Of a stretch of 64,000 bases of DNA, positions 47,698-54,203 are shown in pieces. The notes beneath the pieces are model-generated. The model did no database searches. It saw nothing but the letters and a program-made list of their open reading frames with translations, and was not told the DNA's origin. Origin of the DNA: a virus; IMG/VR virus record IMGVR_UViG_3300045988_162176, positions 32,001 to 96,000 of that record. One strand, 5' to 3'. Within the stretch, counting starts at the first letter, position 1. Each line of letters starts with the position of its first letter. A program made the position numbers and the translations under genes.

Positions 47698-48153
47698 TTA
47701 ACTCATTGGAGGAAACCAATAATAACCTAAAATATCTTCTGCTTCTTCTCTATCTTGCTTATTATACTCTAAGAGAGTATTCAAGTCAATAATTTTCCCG
47801 TCACTTTTAATTTTGTTTTTAGTGTCTTTATTAGCAATTCGCTTTTGTGAAATCGCAATTACCTTTTTATAATAATCAGATTCCTCAACAAGCTTTTGAC
47901 CAATCTTTTGATAAGCCAACATGTTTTGTTCATAAGACTTTTTCAATTTTTCAATGTTTTCTAAAAGTCCCATGTAAGCATTAAATGCCTGACAAGTACA
48001 ATAATAATTGCCTGTACCAGTTGGCTTCATTTCTTGAGAGCAAAACTTACATTTAGGTGGAGTTGTATAAACTATATCTTGAGGATTTTTAGGTGTGGGG
48101 GAAGAATTTTCATCCTTTCCCCCATTAATCACTGTAAAATTAATCTTAGCCAT
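47698..48153 (-). CDS. hypothetical protein with zinc-ribbon-like cysteines
   Basis: 151 aa; CKFC...CTC. Confidence 0.7.
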   Translation of the reverse strand: MAKINFTVINGGKDENSSPTPKNPQDIVYTTPPKCKFCSQEMKPTGTGNYYCTCQAFNAYMGLLENIEKLKKSYEQNMLAYQKIGQKLVEESDYYKKVIAISQKRIANKDTKNKIKSDGKIIDLNTLLEYNKQDREEAEDILGYYWFPPMS

Positions 48154-48158
48154 ATTAA

Positions 48159-48524
48159 TTACTTGTTAGAAGTACCAAGTACTCCACGTTCTGCACGATT
48201 CTCAACACGAAGATTCATCCACAATAAGCATTCTTCCAAATGAGTAAGTGCTAGTGCATTTTCACGACAAGCAAATTCACCAGACTGAAAACCCTGAAGA
48301 CGGTCGCGAACAATCTCAAGAAGGTCTGTATCAAGAAGACCATGAATAGAATCAGTTTCCTTACGCGGACCGTTCTGGAAAGCAATCGAATAAGGAGTCT
48401 CATTGCCCTGACCATCAGTTACAATAACATTGTAAACATGGTTGGCATTACCCACACCCTTTTCATCAACTGCATAAACAGTGTTGAGATTATTGTTCTT
48501 CTGAATAGTATTAAGCTTACGCAT
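48159..48524 (-). CDS. hypothetical protein
   Basis: 121-aa ORF; ...FQNGPRKE...CRENALALTHLEECLLWMNLR... looks like a conserved phage family I cannot name. Confidence 0.7.
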   Translation of the reverse strand: MRKLNTIQKNNNLNTVYAVDEKGVGNANHVYNVIVTDGQGNETPYSIAFQNGPRKETDSIHGLLDTDLLEIVRDRLQGFQSGEFACRENALALTHLEECLLWMNLRVENRAERGVLGTSNK

Positions 48525-48538
48525 TTAATTTACCTCTT

Positions 48539-48943
48539 TTAATTATTAATTAATTTACAAACCCATTGTACAGACTCAACAGAATCGGTTTTCTTATAAA
48601 TCACACAAGCAAGAACTGCTTCATCAAAATCTACAAAATAAGTATTACAAACATGAATCTTATTTTCTTTGTCTTTATAAGTGGGAATGTAATAAATTTC
48701 CTCTTTACGATTGATTCCTGTGACAATGCACATATCTTCACCAATCATCGAGCCAAAAAATCGCCAACCCTCGGAATTCTTAGTTACTGCGTTTTCAAAC
48801 TCGGCAACTTTCTTTTCATTTTCTTGTTCACGCTGATACATTCCGTAAACATGATACTTACGAATCTTAGGAGTCTCAGGAGATAAAAGAGTAGAAAAGA
48901 ATTCTTCAACTTCTCCATATGTAACTGCATTGTTAATTGCCAT
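48539..48943 (-). CDS. hypothetical protein
   Basis: 134-aa ORF downstream of promoter 48970-48998. Confidence 0.75.
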   Translation of the reverse strand: MAINNAVTYGEVEEFFSTLLSPETPKIRKYHVYGMYQREQENEKKVAEFENAVTKNSEGWRFFGSMIGEDMCIVTGINRKEEIYYIPTYKDKENKIHVCNTYFVDFDEAVLACVIYKKTDSVESVQWVCKLINN

Positions 48944-48969
48944 ATCAACTCTCCTTTCTATTTATTTAG

Positions 48970-48998
48970 ATATTACCATATATCTTTTTTCTTGTCAA
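48970..48998 (-). promoter_or_regulatory. sigma-70-type promoter
   Basis: TTGACA-17-TAATAT. Confidence 0.65.
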
Positions 48999-49030
48999 GT
49001 ATTTATTAAAAGTTTCTCTCAAGAACGTGT

Positions 49031-49062
49031 AAAAAAAGGAAGAAGCCATTCGACCTCTTCCT
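49031..49062 (-). terminator. intrinsic terminator
   Basis: AGGAAGAGG..CTTCTTCCT hairpin followed by TTTTTTT. Confidence 0.65.
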
Positions 49063-49115
49063 CTTTTTTGGAGTGAATTTATAAAAATTTTAAACGGACT
49101 ACTTTTTATTTTTAA

Positions 49116-49571
49116 TTACTTACAACCAAAGCGCTTCTTAGAAATCGCTTCAATCGAAGGAATCTTTTCAGTGTTGATGCTCTTCTTAGCACAATAATGT
49201 TCAATGGTTGCAACCAGAACTCGTGCATCAAGAAGCATTGCAAGAATCTTACGGTCAAATGCTCGATGATACTTTTCAAGAGCCTTGCCACGAGCAAACT
49301 CCTTGCCAATGTCCTCAACGAACTTATCACCGTCAGCATGGTTTACCTTAGCCTTACCACGATAGCTGTTTTCAAGAAGAGTGTTCTCCCAAATACCTTC
49401 AAGAGAAATAGTCTTCATATCAGCCTTTTCACAAAGACGAGTAATAACATGCATTGCATCAAATGCAGTATCAGTTACCTCAGCCTTGACTACGCCACCA
49501 CTCTCATAAACACCATAAGCAATGGAAGAGTTAGACGGTCGGGAAATGTCATTCTTGCAGTTGTCACACAT
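49116..49571 (-). CDS. hypothetical protein
   Basis: 151-aa ORF followed by terminator 49031-49062. Confidence 0.75.
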   Translation of the reverse strand: MCDNCKNDISRPSNSSIAYGVYESGGVVKAEVTDTAFDAMHVITRLCEKADMKTISLEGIWENTLLENSYRGKAKVNHADGDKFVEDIGKEFARGKALEKYHRAFDRKILAMLLDARVLVATIEHYCAKKSINTEKIPSIEAISKKRFGCK

Positions 49572-49678
49572 AATTTTTTGTCTCCTTTAATTTCTTTGTT
49601 TTACTTTAGTTATTATTTTAGTTTTTTGTTTCTTCTGCTTATATGTCAAAAGGAAAAATACTTTTCCTTAGATATTTC

Positions 49679-49749
49679 AGCGGCGACTTCGAATCGAACG
49701 AGCATTTCACGGGTTAGAGCCGTGCGCATTGACCATTATACTACGCCGC
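49679..49749 (-). tRNA. suppressor tRNA, anticodon CTA (reads UAG)
   Basis: GCGGCGT AG TATAATGGTCAATGCG C ACGGC(CACGG) CTCTAAC CCGTG...TCGCCGC; perfect 5-bp anticodon stem, loop CT-CTA-AC; the T stem pairs only 3 bp; no encoded CCA. Confidence 0.7.
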
Positions 49750-49778
49750 AATGTTAAATAAAGTCAAATGACCTTAAG

Positions 49779-49855
49779 TGGCACGCCTGACGAGATTCGA
49801 ACTCATAAGATACACTTTAGAAGAGTGCGGTTTTATCCAATTAGACTACAGGCGC
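49779..49855 (-). tRNA. tRNA-Arg(TCT)
   Basis: Canonical cloverleaf, 77 nt, loop CTTCTAA, TTCGAAT T-loop, encoded CCA. Confidence 0.9.
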
Positions 49856-49860
49856 TTAAT

Positions 49861-49937
49861 AAAGCTAGACTCATTTTTCAAAACATTTGTAATCCCAAAT
49901 CACAAGTCTCTAAATAATTGCTGTAAGAGTCTACTTT
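49861..49937 (-). ncRNA. E-element 1 (simple)
   Basis: AAAG TAGACTC TTACAGCAA ..45 nt.. GAGTCTA G CTTT; ends 9 nt before tRNA-Arg(TCT). Confidence 0.6.
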
Positions 49938-49954
49938 ATTTTTTTATTTATAAA

Positions 49955-50090
49955 TGGTGGGAATGGAGTGACTCGAACACTCAATTTCCCGATTTGGTGT
50001 TTTAGACAAGTCTTGCACTTGCATTTGAAGTTTTACTTTTAAACTACTAAAACATAAGTCGGGCCCTCTGACCAATTGAGATACATCCCC
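49955..50090 (-). tRNA. tRNA-Ile(TAT)-like interrupted by a 59-nt insertion in the anticodon loop
   Basis: GGGGATG..CCCGA CTTAT[59 nt]AA TCGGG AAATT GAGTG TTCGAGT CACTC CATTCCC A CCA; all four stems pair. Confidence 0.7.
49995..50053 (-). ncRNA. tRNA-shaped insertion (I-type element I1) inside the tRNA-Ile anticodon loop
   Basis: GTTTTAG TA GTTT AAAAGTA AAAC ... CAAGT GCAAG ACTTG . CTAAAAC ACCA: 7-bp acceptor-like helix, D-like and T-like hairpins, 3' ACCA. Confidence 0.6.
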
Positions 50091-50100
50091 ATATAAAATC

Positions 50101-50192
50101 CTAGACACCATATAAAAATCTAAAAAAGTATTTATTCCAATTAAATATATTTCCCAGTATTTTTATTTTAATTGCTGTAAGTGTCTACTTTT
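50101..50192 (-). ncRNA. E-element 2 (simple)
   Basis: AAAAG TAGACAC TTACAGCAA ... GTGTCTA G; ends 10 nt before the interrupted tRNA-Ile. Confidence 0.6.
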
Positions 50193-50204
50193 AACATTAC
50201 TAAT

Positions 50205-50274
50205 CTAAACCCTATCCATAATCTTTTTTTCAAGCAAAAATTAAGTAGTTAAATTGCTGTAAGGGTTTACTTTT
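50205..50274 (-). ncRNA. E-element 3 (simple)
   Basis: AAAAG TAAACCC TTACAGCAA ... GGGTTTA G; directly upstream of E2. Confidence 0.6.
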
Positions 50275-50326
50275 AAATCATCAATAACTTACCATCTTGT
50301 TTGTAGTACTCCAAACAATTCAATCT

Positions 50327-50392
50327 TGCACCGTGGGGGATTCGAACCCCTCTTAAGCCCTCCGTCGAGCGACCCCAACCTTGGTACGGCAC
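50327..50392 (-). ncRNA. tRNA-like element (acceptor stem + T arm, non-canonical body)
   Basis: GTGCCGT...AGGGG TTCGAAT CCCCC ACGGTGC A; only about 66 nt; no convincing D or anticodon arms. Confidence 0.4.
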
Positions 50393-50399
50393 TTATAAA

Positions 50400-50540
50400 C
50401 TAGACGCATAATACTAACAAAGGAGAATCATGAAAGCATCATAAACTAATTAGCAAGGAACAATACCCAAAATCTTTTTTTAAATATTAGAATTTTTTTA
50501 TAGAATTTGATTTTTATTATTGTTTGCTGTAAGCGTCTAC
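50400..50540 (-). ncRNA. E-element 4 (long AT-rich interior)
   Basis: G TAGACGC TTACAGCAA ..110 nt.. GCGTCTA G. Confidence 0.55.
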
Positions 50541-50565
50541 GTTAGATAATTTGAATTGTTGCTTA

Positions 50566-50646
50566 TGGCAGGGATGGAAGGATTCGAACCTTCGAAAAAA
50601 ACTCATAGAGTCAAAGTCTACTGCCTTACCGCTTGGCTACACCCCT
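50566..50646 (-). tRNA. tRNA-Gln(TTG)-like with a type-II-style D arm and an 11-nt unstructured variable region
   Basis: AGGGGTG TA GCC AAGCGGTAA GGC A GTAGA CTTTGAC TCTAT GAGTTTTTTTC GAAGG TTCGAAT CCTTC CATCCCT G CCA. Confidence 0.65.
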
Positions 50647-50653
50647 ATATATT

Positions 50654-50780
50654 TTCCTTAGCTGGTGGTTCCGATTCGCCCATCCAGAACTCCCTACTTG
50701 AGTGCCATTCTATACTCATTAGAGGCTTTCCGACTGAAGGGTATTTTAATTTATTTATCGTCTTTTAAACTACTAAGGAA
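50654..50780 (-). ncRNA. free-standing I-type tRNA-like spacer RNA (I3)
   Basis: 8-bp closing helix TTCCTTAG/CTAAGGAA, then TA GTTT AAAAG..., the same start as the two anticodon-loop insertions; 3' hairpin CTGGATGG..CCACCAG. Confidence 0.5.
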
Positions 50781-50781
50781 T

Positions 50782-50856
50782 TGGAGCAGAAGACGGGAAT
50801 CGAACCCGCACCTACGACCTCGGAAGCCGTTATTCTCACCATTAAACCACTTCTGC
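50782..50856 (-). tRNA. tRNA-Arg(CCG)
   Basis: Canonical 75-nt cloverleaf, loop TTCCGAG, encoded CCA; first gene after promoter 50887-50915. Confidence 0.9.
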
Positions 50857-50886
50857 AAGGTTGGTTTATCTCTCAACCACATCTTA

Positions 50887-50915
50887 AGTATAACATATAC
50901 TTTTCATCTTGTCAA
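50887..50915 (-). promoter_or_regulatory. promoter of tRNA/E-element operon (Arg-CCG to Sup-CTA)
   Basis: TTGACA-17-TATACT. Confidence 0.65.
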
Positions 50916-51106
50916 GTACTTTTTAAAATTTCTTTTTGGAAGATTTTTTCGTTCAAATTAAGGAGGACAAAAACTTTTTGATACCAAAACAACTCAAGAC
51001 CAAGAAGTTCACAAAGAGCATCAACATCTTTCATTGTATACTTGTCTTTCTTTAAAGCTTTAATTTTTTCAACAATTTCCTCTTCTAAGAATAAAAATTC
51101 GTCCAT
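50912..51106 (-). CDS. hypothetical small protein inside the tRNA island
   Basis: 64-aa ORF; RBS AAGAGGA. Confidence 0.55.
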   Translation of the reverse strand: MDEFLFLEEEIVEKIKALKKDKYTMKDVDALCELLGLELFWYQKVFVLLNLNEKIFQKEILKST

Positions 51107-51143
51107 AATAAAAATCCTCTTTTATTTGGGGAAAAATTCTAAA

Positions 51144-51216
51144 ATGAAGTGGTTGGAATCGAACCAACGACCAGCGAAGATACCCCAACGCCGCTCTACC
51201 CCTGAGCTACACTTCA
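51144..51216 (-). tRNA. atypical tRNA or tRNA pseudogene (defective anticodon arm)
   Basis: Good acceptor, D (GCTC AGGGGTA GAGC) and T (GTTGG TTCGATT CCAAC) arms, but the anticodon arm has only GCG/CGC pairing around TTGGGGTATCTT. Confidence 0.45.
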
Positions 51217-51217
51217 A

Positions 51218-51292
51218 TGGAGCTGGATGAGAATTTTGAAATCTCGACTTCCACTTTACAAGAGTGGCGCTCTGCCTCTGAGCTAATCCAGC
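51218..51292 (-). tRNA. tRNA-Thr(TGT)
   Basis: 75-nt cloverleaf, loop CTTGTAA, encoded CCA. Confidence 0.85.
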
Positions 51293-51317
51293 AAATAAAG
51301 GACTAAACAAATAGTCC

Positions 51318-51833
51318 TTATCCACGAGTACGTTTCCAATAATTTGCCATTTTATATTCAGGCTTATTAGTAACTTCCTCGATAAACACTTCAGGAAAAG
51401 GCCAAACATAACTATTAGCTTCTTCCTCAGAATCAAATTCAACTTCGGCATAATAGAAGGCATTATCAGTTCCGCCATCTACAAGATTGAATTCAATTAA
51501 ATAACCATTATTGTAAAGACCTCTATAATCTTTTACAATAGGATTATAACCAAGTTCATTAAAACAGTCAAACAAAGAATTATCTGTAAGATTTGTTTCA
51601 ATTTCAGTACGAGTTAAAGTACCACCAGACTTGAAAGTAAGAGCATCTGGACGATAACCTTTGCCACTTTCAAACCAACGTCTTATACGAATTTCCTGTG
51701 AAATTTTTCCATCAGAATTATATTTGATATTAATATAAATAGTTTTAACAATTCCGACTTCATCAAAATCGACTTTAGGAAAACCAGAGATTAAAAACTT
51801 ACGTTCGATTTCGATTGAATTATTATTACTCAT
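51318..51833 (-). CDS. CYTH-domain (triphosphate tunnel metalloenzyme) protein
   Basis: 171 aa; N-terminal EIERKFL (ExExK signature), later acidic/basic beta-strand pattern (EIRIRR, YAEVEF). Confidence 0.75.
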   Translation of the reverse strand: MSNNNSIEIERKFLISGFPKVDFDEVGIVKTIYINIKYNSDGKISQEIRIRRWFESGKGYRPDALTFKSGGTLTRTEIETNLTDNSLFDCFNELGYNPIVKDYRGLYNNGYLIEFNLVDGGTDNAFYYAEVEFDSEEEANSYVWPFPEVFIEEVTNKPEYKMANYWKRTRG

Positions 51834-51852
51834 TTTTAATCTCCTTTTTCCA

Positions 51853-51947
51853 TGGCACTAGCGGTAAGATTCGAACTCACGAGACGGATACAAGCCGTCA
51901 CACATCATTTCAAGTGATGGCAGTTATGACCACTTCTGTACGCTAGC
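51853..51947 (-). tRNA. tRNA-Ser(TGA)
   Basis: 95 nt, long variable arm, loop CTTGAAA, encoded CCA. Confidence 0.85.
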
Positions 51948-51954
51948 ATTTATT

Positions 51955-52260
51955 TTATGTTTCAGAGAACAGATAGATACCTTTTTCTCCTACATCCTTT
52001 TTAATATCAGTAAATTCTTTATCACTAATTTGAGTCATTGGAGGGAATACACTTTTGAAAGAAGAACAACCATCTTTTTCAATAGTAACCATTTGTTTCT
52101 TACAAACTGGGCAAGTATAATTCCAAGATAAAAAATTAGTTTCATCCTTAGCAATTTTCATCTCTACTACTTGCATTATTCCCTTATTACAATGAGGACA
52201 TCTATAAACAAACTTTTTATTACTTGCTGTCTAATAAATGTAAGTCTTAAAATTAGTCAT
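51955..52260 (-). CDS. double zinc-ribbon small protein, TAG-recoded
   Basis: MTNFKTYIY*TASNKKFVYRCPHCNKGIMQVVEM...CPVCKK; 102 codons. Confidence 0.6.
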
Positions 52261-52284
52261 TAGAATTTACTTCCTTTTATTTTT

Positions 52285-52372
52285 TGGTTGCTGAAGCATG
52301 GGAGTCGAACCCACTATCGTACAGGGTATGAACCTGACATGATTTATAATTATCCGTTTCACTCGCCAGCAA
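52285..52372 (-). tRNA. atypical tRNA, probable anticodon CAT (Met/Ile2), with extra nucleotides between the D and anticodon arms
   Basis: Starts directly after the CCA of tRNA-Cys; TCAGG TTCATAC CCTGT arm, GTGGG TTCGACT CCCAT T arm, acceptor TTGCTG/CAGCAA, CCA. Confidence 0.5.
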
Positions 52373-52448
52373 TGGTGGACCTGACAAGACTTGAACTTGC
52401 GACTTCCTGCGTGCAAAGCAGACACTCTCCCAACTGAGTTACAGGCCC
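52373..52448 (-). tRNA. tRNA-Cys(GCA)
   Basis: Canonical 76-nt cloverleaf, loop TTTGCAC. Confidence 0.9.
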
Positions 52449-52989
52449 ATAATTAAACTATACTCCCAAATAGCAACAGAGTTTTTTACAAGAACTCTAT
52501 AACTTGGCTTTTGTTGTTCATCCTCAGCACCACCTGTTAGGAGCAATAAGCAGTATGCTCGGCTTATTGTGTTTTAAGGTTACATGACCCATAACCTCAA
52601 TACCTACCCCGATTTAGTTGCAGTAATCAGAGTTTTTGTTTGAACAAGTACGCAACCACTTGTCCCCGTAAACACGGCACAGACTTCTCCGTATAGCTTT
52701 TCGCTGTAGGTTTTTGATGTTACATTCGCACCCTAACATCTCTCGCCATATATCTGTGTTCTGCCCATGTGCGGCTCATAGCCTTTTTCAGCTTGTGACA
52801 GCTTACTTTGCGTTCGAGAACCATTCACTTGTTCTCTACTCCAAGACTTCGGACGGGCGTTGGGGCTTTAGCTTAACGGACTAAAGGTGAGTTCAAATAT
52901 ATGAAACACCGACGAGGCTTTAGCCATCCTTGCTGAATCGGGCAGTTTAATATAAGTTATATTCTCTGTCTGCCAATTGATATATAACT
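52449..52989 (-). ncRNA. large (about 0.54 kb) structured RNA between tRNA-Leu(CAA) and tRNA-Cys (L2)
   Basis: No ORF on the minus strand; markedly G+C-richer; many local and long-range complementary segments. Confidence 0.55.
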
Positions 52990-53074
52990 TGGTGGCTAAG
53001 GTGGGACTTGAACCCACATCTCTTTCGAGGGTTGTACTTGAAGCAACTGCGTATGCCAATTTCGCCACTCAGCC
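52990..53074 (-). tRNA. tRNA-Leu(CAA)
   Basis: 85 nt, long variable arm, loop TTCAAGT, TTCAAGT T-loop, CCA. Confidence 0.85.
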
Positions 53075-53087
53075 ATAATAATTAATA

Positions 53088-53209
53088 CTAGACACGTTTT
53101 TTTTGATATCGGTCATCCAGACATCCCCCGAAGGAGACGGAAGAATCGAACTTCCCCGTTTAATTTTCCATATTAAAGAATCAAGTAATTTTGCTGTGCG
53201 TGTCTACTT
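53088..53209 (-). ncRNA. E-element 5 with a closed-acceptor tRNA-like domain
   Basis: AAG TAGACACG CACAGCAA ... GGAAG TTCGATT CTTCC GTCTCC TTCG GGGGAT ... CGTGTCTA G; ends 12 nt before tRNA-Leu(CAA). Confidence 0.6.
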
Positions 53210-53260
53210 GAAAGGAATTTATATTTGCCTATTAGAAAAATAGGAGCGTCAATCTATTAA

Positions 53261-53392
53261 CTAGACTCATTTTACAAAATCTGTTGCTCTACCAGTTGAG
53301 CTAACTCCCGATGGTCGGGAGCAGAGGATTCGAACCTCCAACACACAGGCCCATAGCATTTGTGATTGTAAAGTTGCTGTTAGAGTCTACTT
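53261..53392 (-). ncRNA. E-element 6 enclosing the permuted tRNA-Gln
   Basis: AAG TAGACTC TAACAGCAA C TTTACAA ... [permuted tRNA] ... TTGTAAA AT GAGTCTA G. Confidence 0.6.
53273..53349 (-). tRNA. circularly permuted tRNA-Gln(TTG)-like module (3' half, CCA, T, 5' half) inside E-element 6
   Basis: CCTGT GTGTT GGAGG TTCGAAT CCTCT GCTCCCG A CCA T CGGGAGT TA GCTC AACTGGTA GAGC A ACAGA TTTTGTA; the acceptor halves are mutually complementary. Confidence 0.6.
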
Positions 53393-53466
53393 GAAAGGAA
53401 TGCTTTTATGAACAATAAAAAATGAACATTAGCTTACAAATAAATTTGTATCTTTACCATGTTTTT

Positions 53467-53495
53467 ACTATAACATAAAATTTTCATTTTGTCAA
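53467..53495 (-). promoter_or_regulatory. promoter of the E6-E5-tRNA-Leu-L2-tRNA-Cys unit
   Basis: TTGACA-17-TATAGT. Confidence 0.65.
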
Positions 53496-53518
53496 GAATT
53501 TTAAAACAAAAATTTTAC

Positions 53519-53603
53519 TGGTGGGTGAGGAAGGTGCCGACCCTTCTACTCCGTTAGGAAAGAGTTTTACAGACTCCCGTGTTTGCCGATTCACTACTCA
53601 CCT
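53519..53603 (-). tRNA. tRNA-Tyr(GTA)
   Basis: 85 nt, long variable arm, loop CTGTAAA; unusual T-loop GTCGGCA. Confidence 0.75.
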
Positions 53604-53633
53604 ATTTAATTATTTTCCTTTTTTAGAAAGGGG

Positions 53634-53698
53634 CTAGACGCTTTTTGTGTATTCTTATTTAACAGATAAGTACATTTAAATTGCTGTAAGCGTCTACT
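53634..53698 (-). ncRNA. E-element 7 (simple, with an anticodon-arm-like hairpin)
   Basis: AG TAGACGC TTACAGCAA ... CTTAT CTGTTAA ATAAG ... GCGTCTA G. Confidence 0.55.
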
Positions 53699-53732
53699 AT
53701 TGAAGTCATTACAAAATTAGCATTTCTGCTAT

Positions 53733-53808
53733 TGGTGCTCATGGAGGGACTCGAACCCTCGACAGACGGCTTAAAAGGCCGCTACTCTACCAACTGAGTT
53801 ACATGGGC
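53733..53808 (-). tRNA. tRNA-Lys(TTT)
   Basis: 76 nt, loop CTTTTAA, one C-A mismatch in the acceptor stem. Confidence 0.85.
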
Positions 53809-53815
53809 ATAAATA

Positions 53816-53951
53816 CTAGAGACATTGTTGTTATGGACTCCTGCCTTAAACCACTTGGCTACATACTTCAACTGAAGACGTTCGGATTCGAACCGAAGAA
53901 TGGGAGTTTGGCTTCTAACATACTTTCAGAATTGCTGTTAGTCTCTACTTT
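53816..53951 (-). ncRNA. E-element 8 with a closed-acceptor tRNA-like domain
   Basis: AAAG TAGAGAC TAACAGCAA ... ACTCC CATTC TTCGG TTCGAAT CCGAA CGTCTTC AGTT GAAG.. GCC AAGTGGTTTAA GGC A GGAGT ... GTCTCTA G. Confidence 0.6.
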
Positions 53952-54119
53952 ATAAATATCTTATTGAAAGGAAATTATTCATATCAGATAGAGAGAAAGG
54001 AGAAATAATATCTCGTCAAATAATTAATTCTTAACCCTTCGATAGATTTAAGTTCCCCTCATTTAAATCCGATAAAACTTACTCACACTATCATAAGAAC
54101 GGATTTCTGATTTGAATAA

Positions 54120-54195
54120 TGGTACTCGGTACGGGGTTCGAACCCGTGCTACTGACGTGAAAGGCCAGTGTCTTAGCCCACTTGACTAACCGAGC
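54120..54195 (-). tRNA. tRNA-Glu(TTC)
   Basis: 76 nt, loop CTTTCAC. Confidence 0.85.
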
Positions 54196-54203
54196 ATATT
54201 AAC

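Noticed and set aside
49861-50274. E-elements as HDV-like (theta) ribozymes, which are known next to tRNAs in recoded gut phages
   Set aside because: I tried to thread E1-E3 onto the nested double pseudoknot (P1-P2-P3-L3-P1'-P1.1-P4-P2'). The conserved stem could only be P2, and no complementary P1/P1' pair exists at the required positions. In addition the elements start about 20 nt after the upstream CCA rather than abutting it. I also found no hammerhead (CUGAUGA...GAAA) cores.
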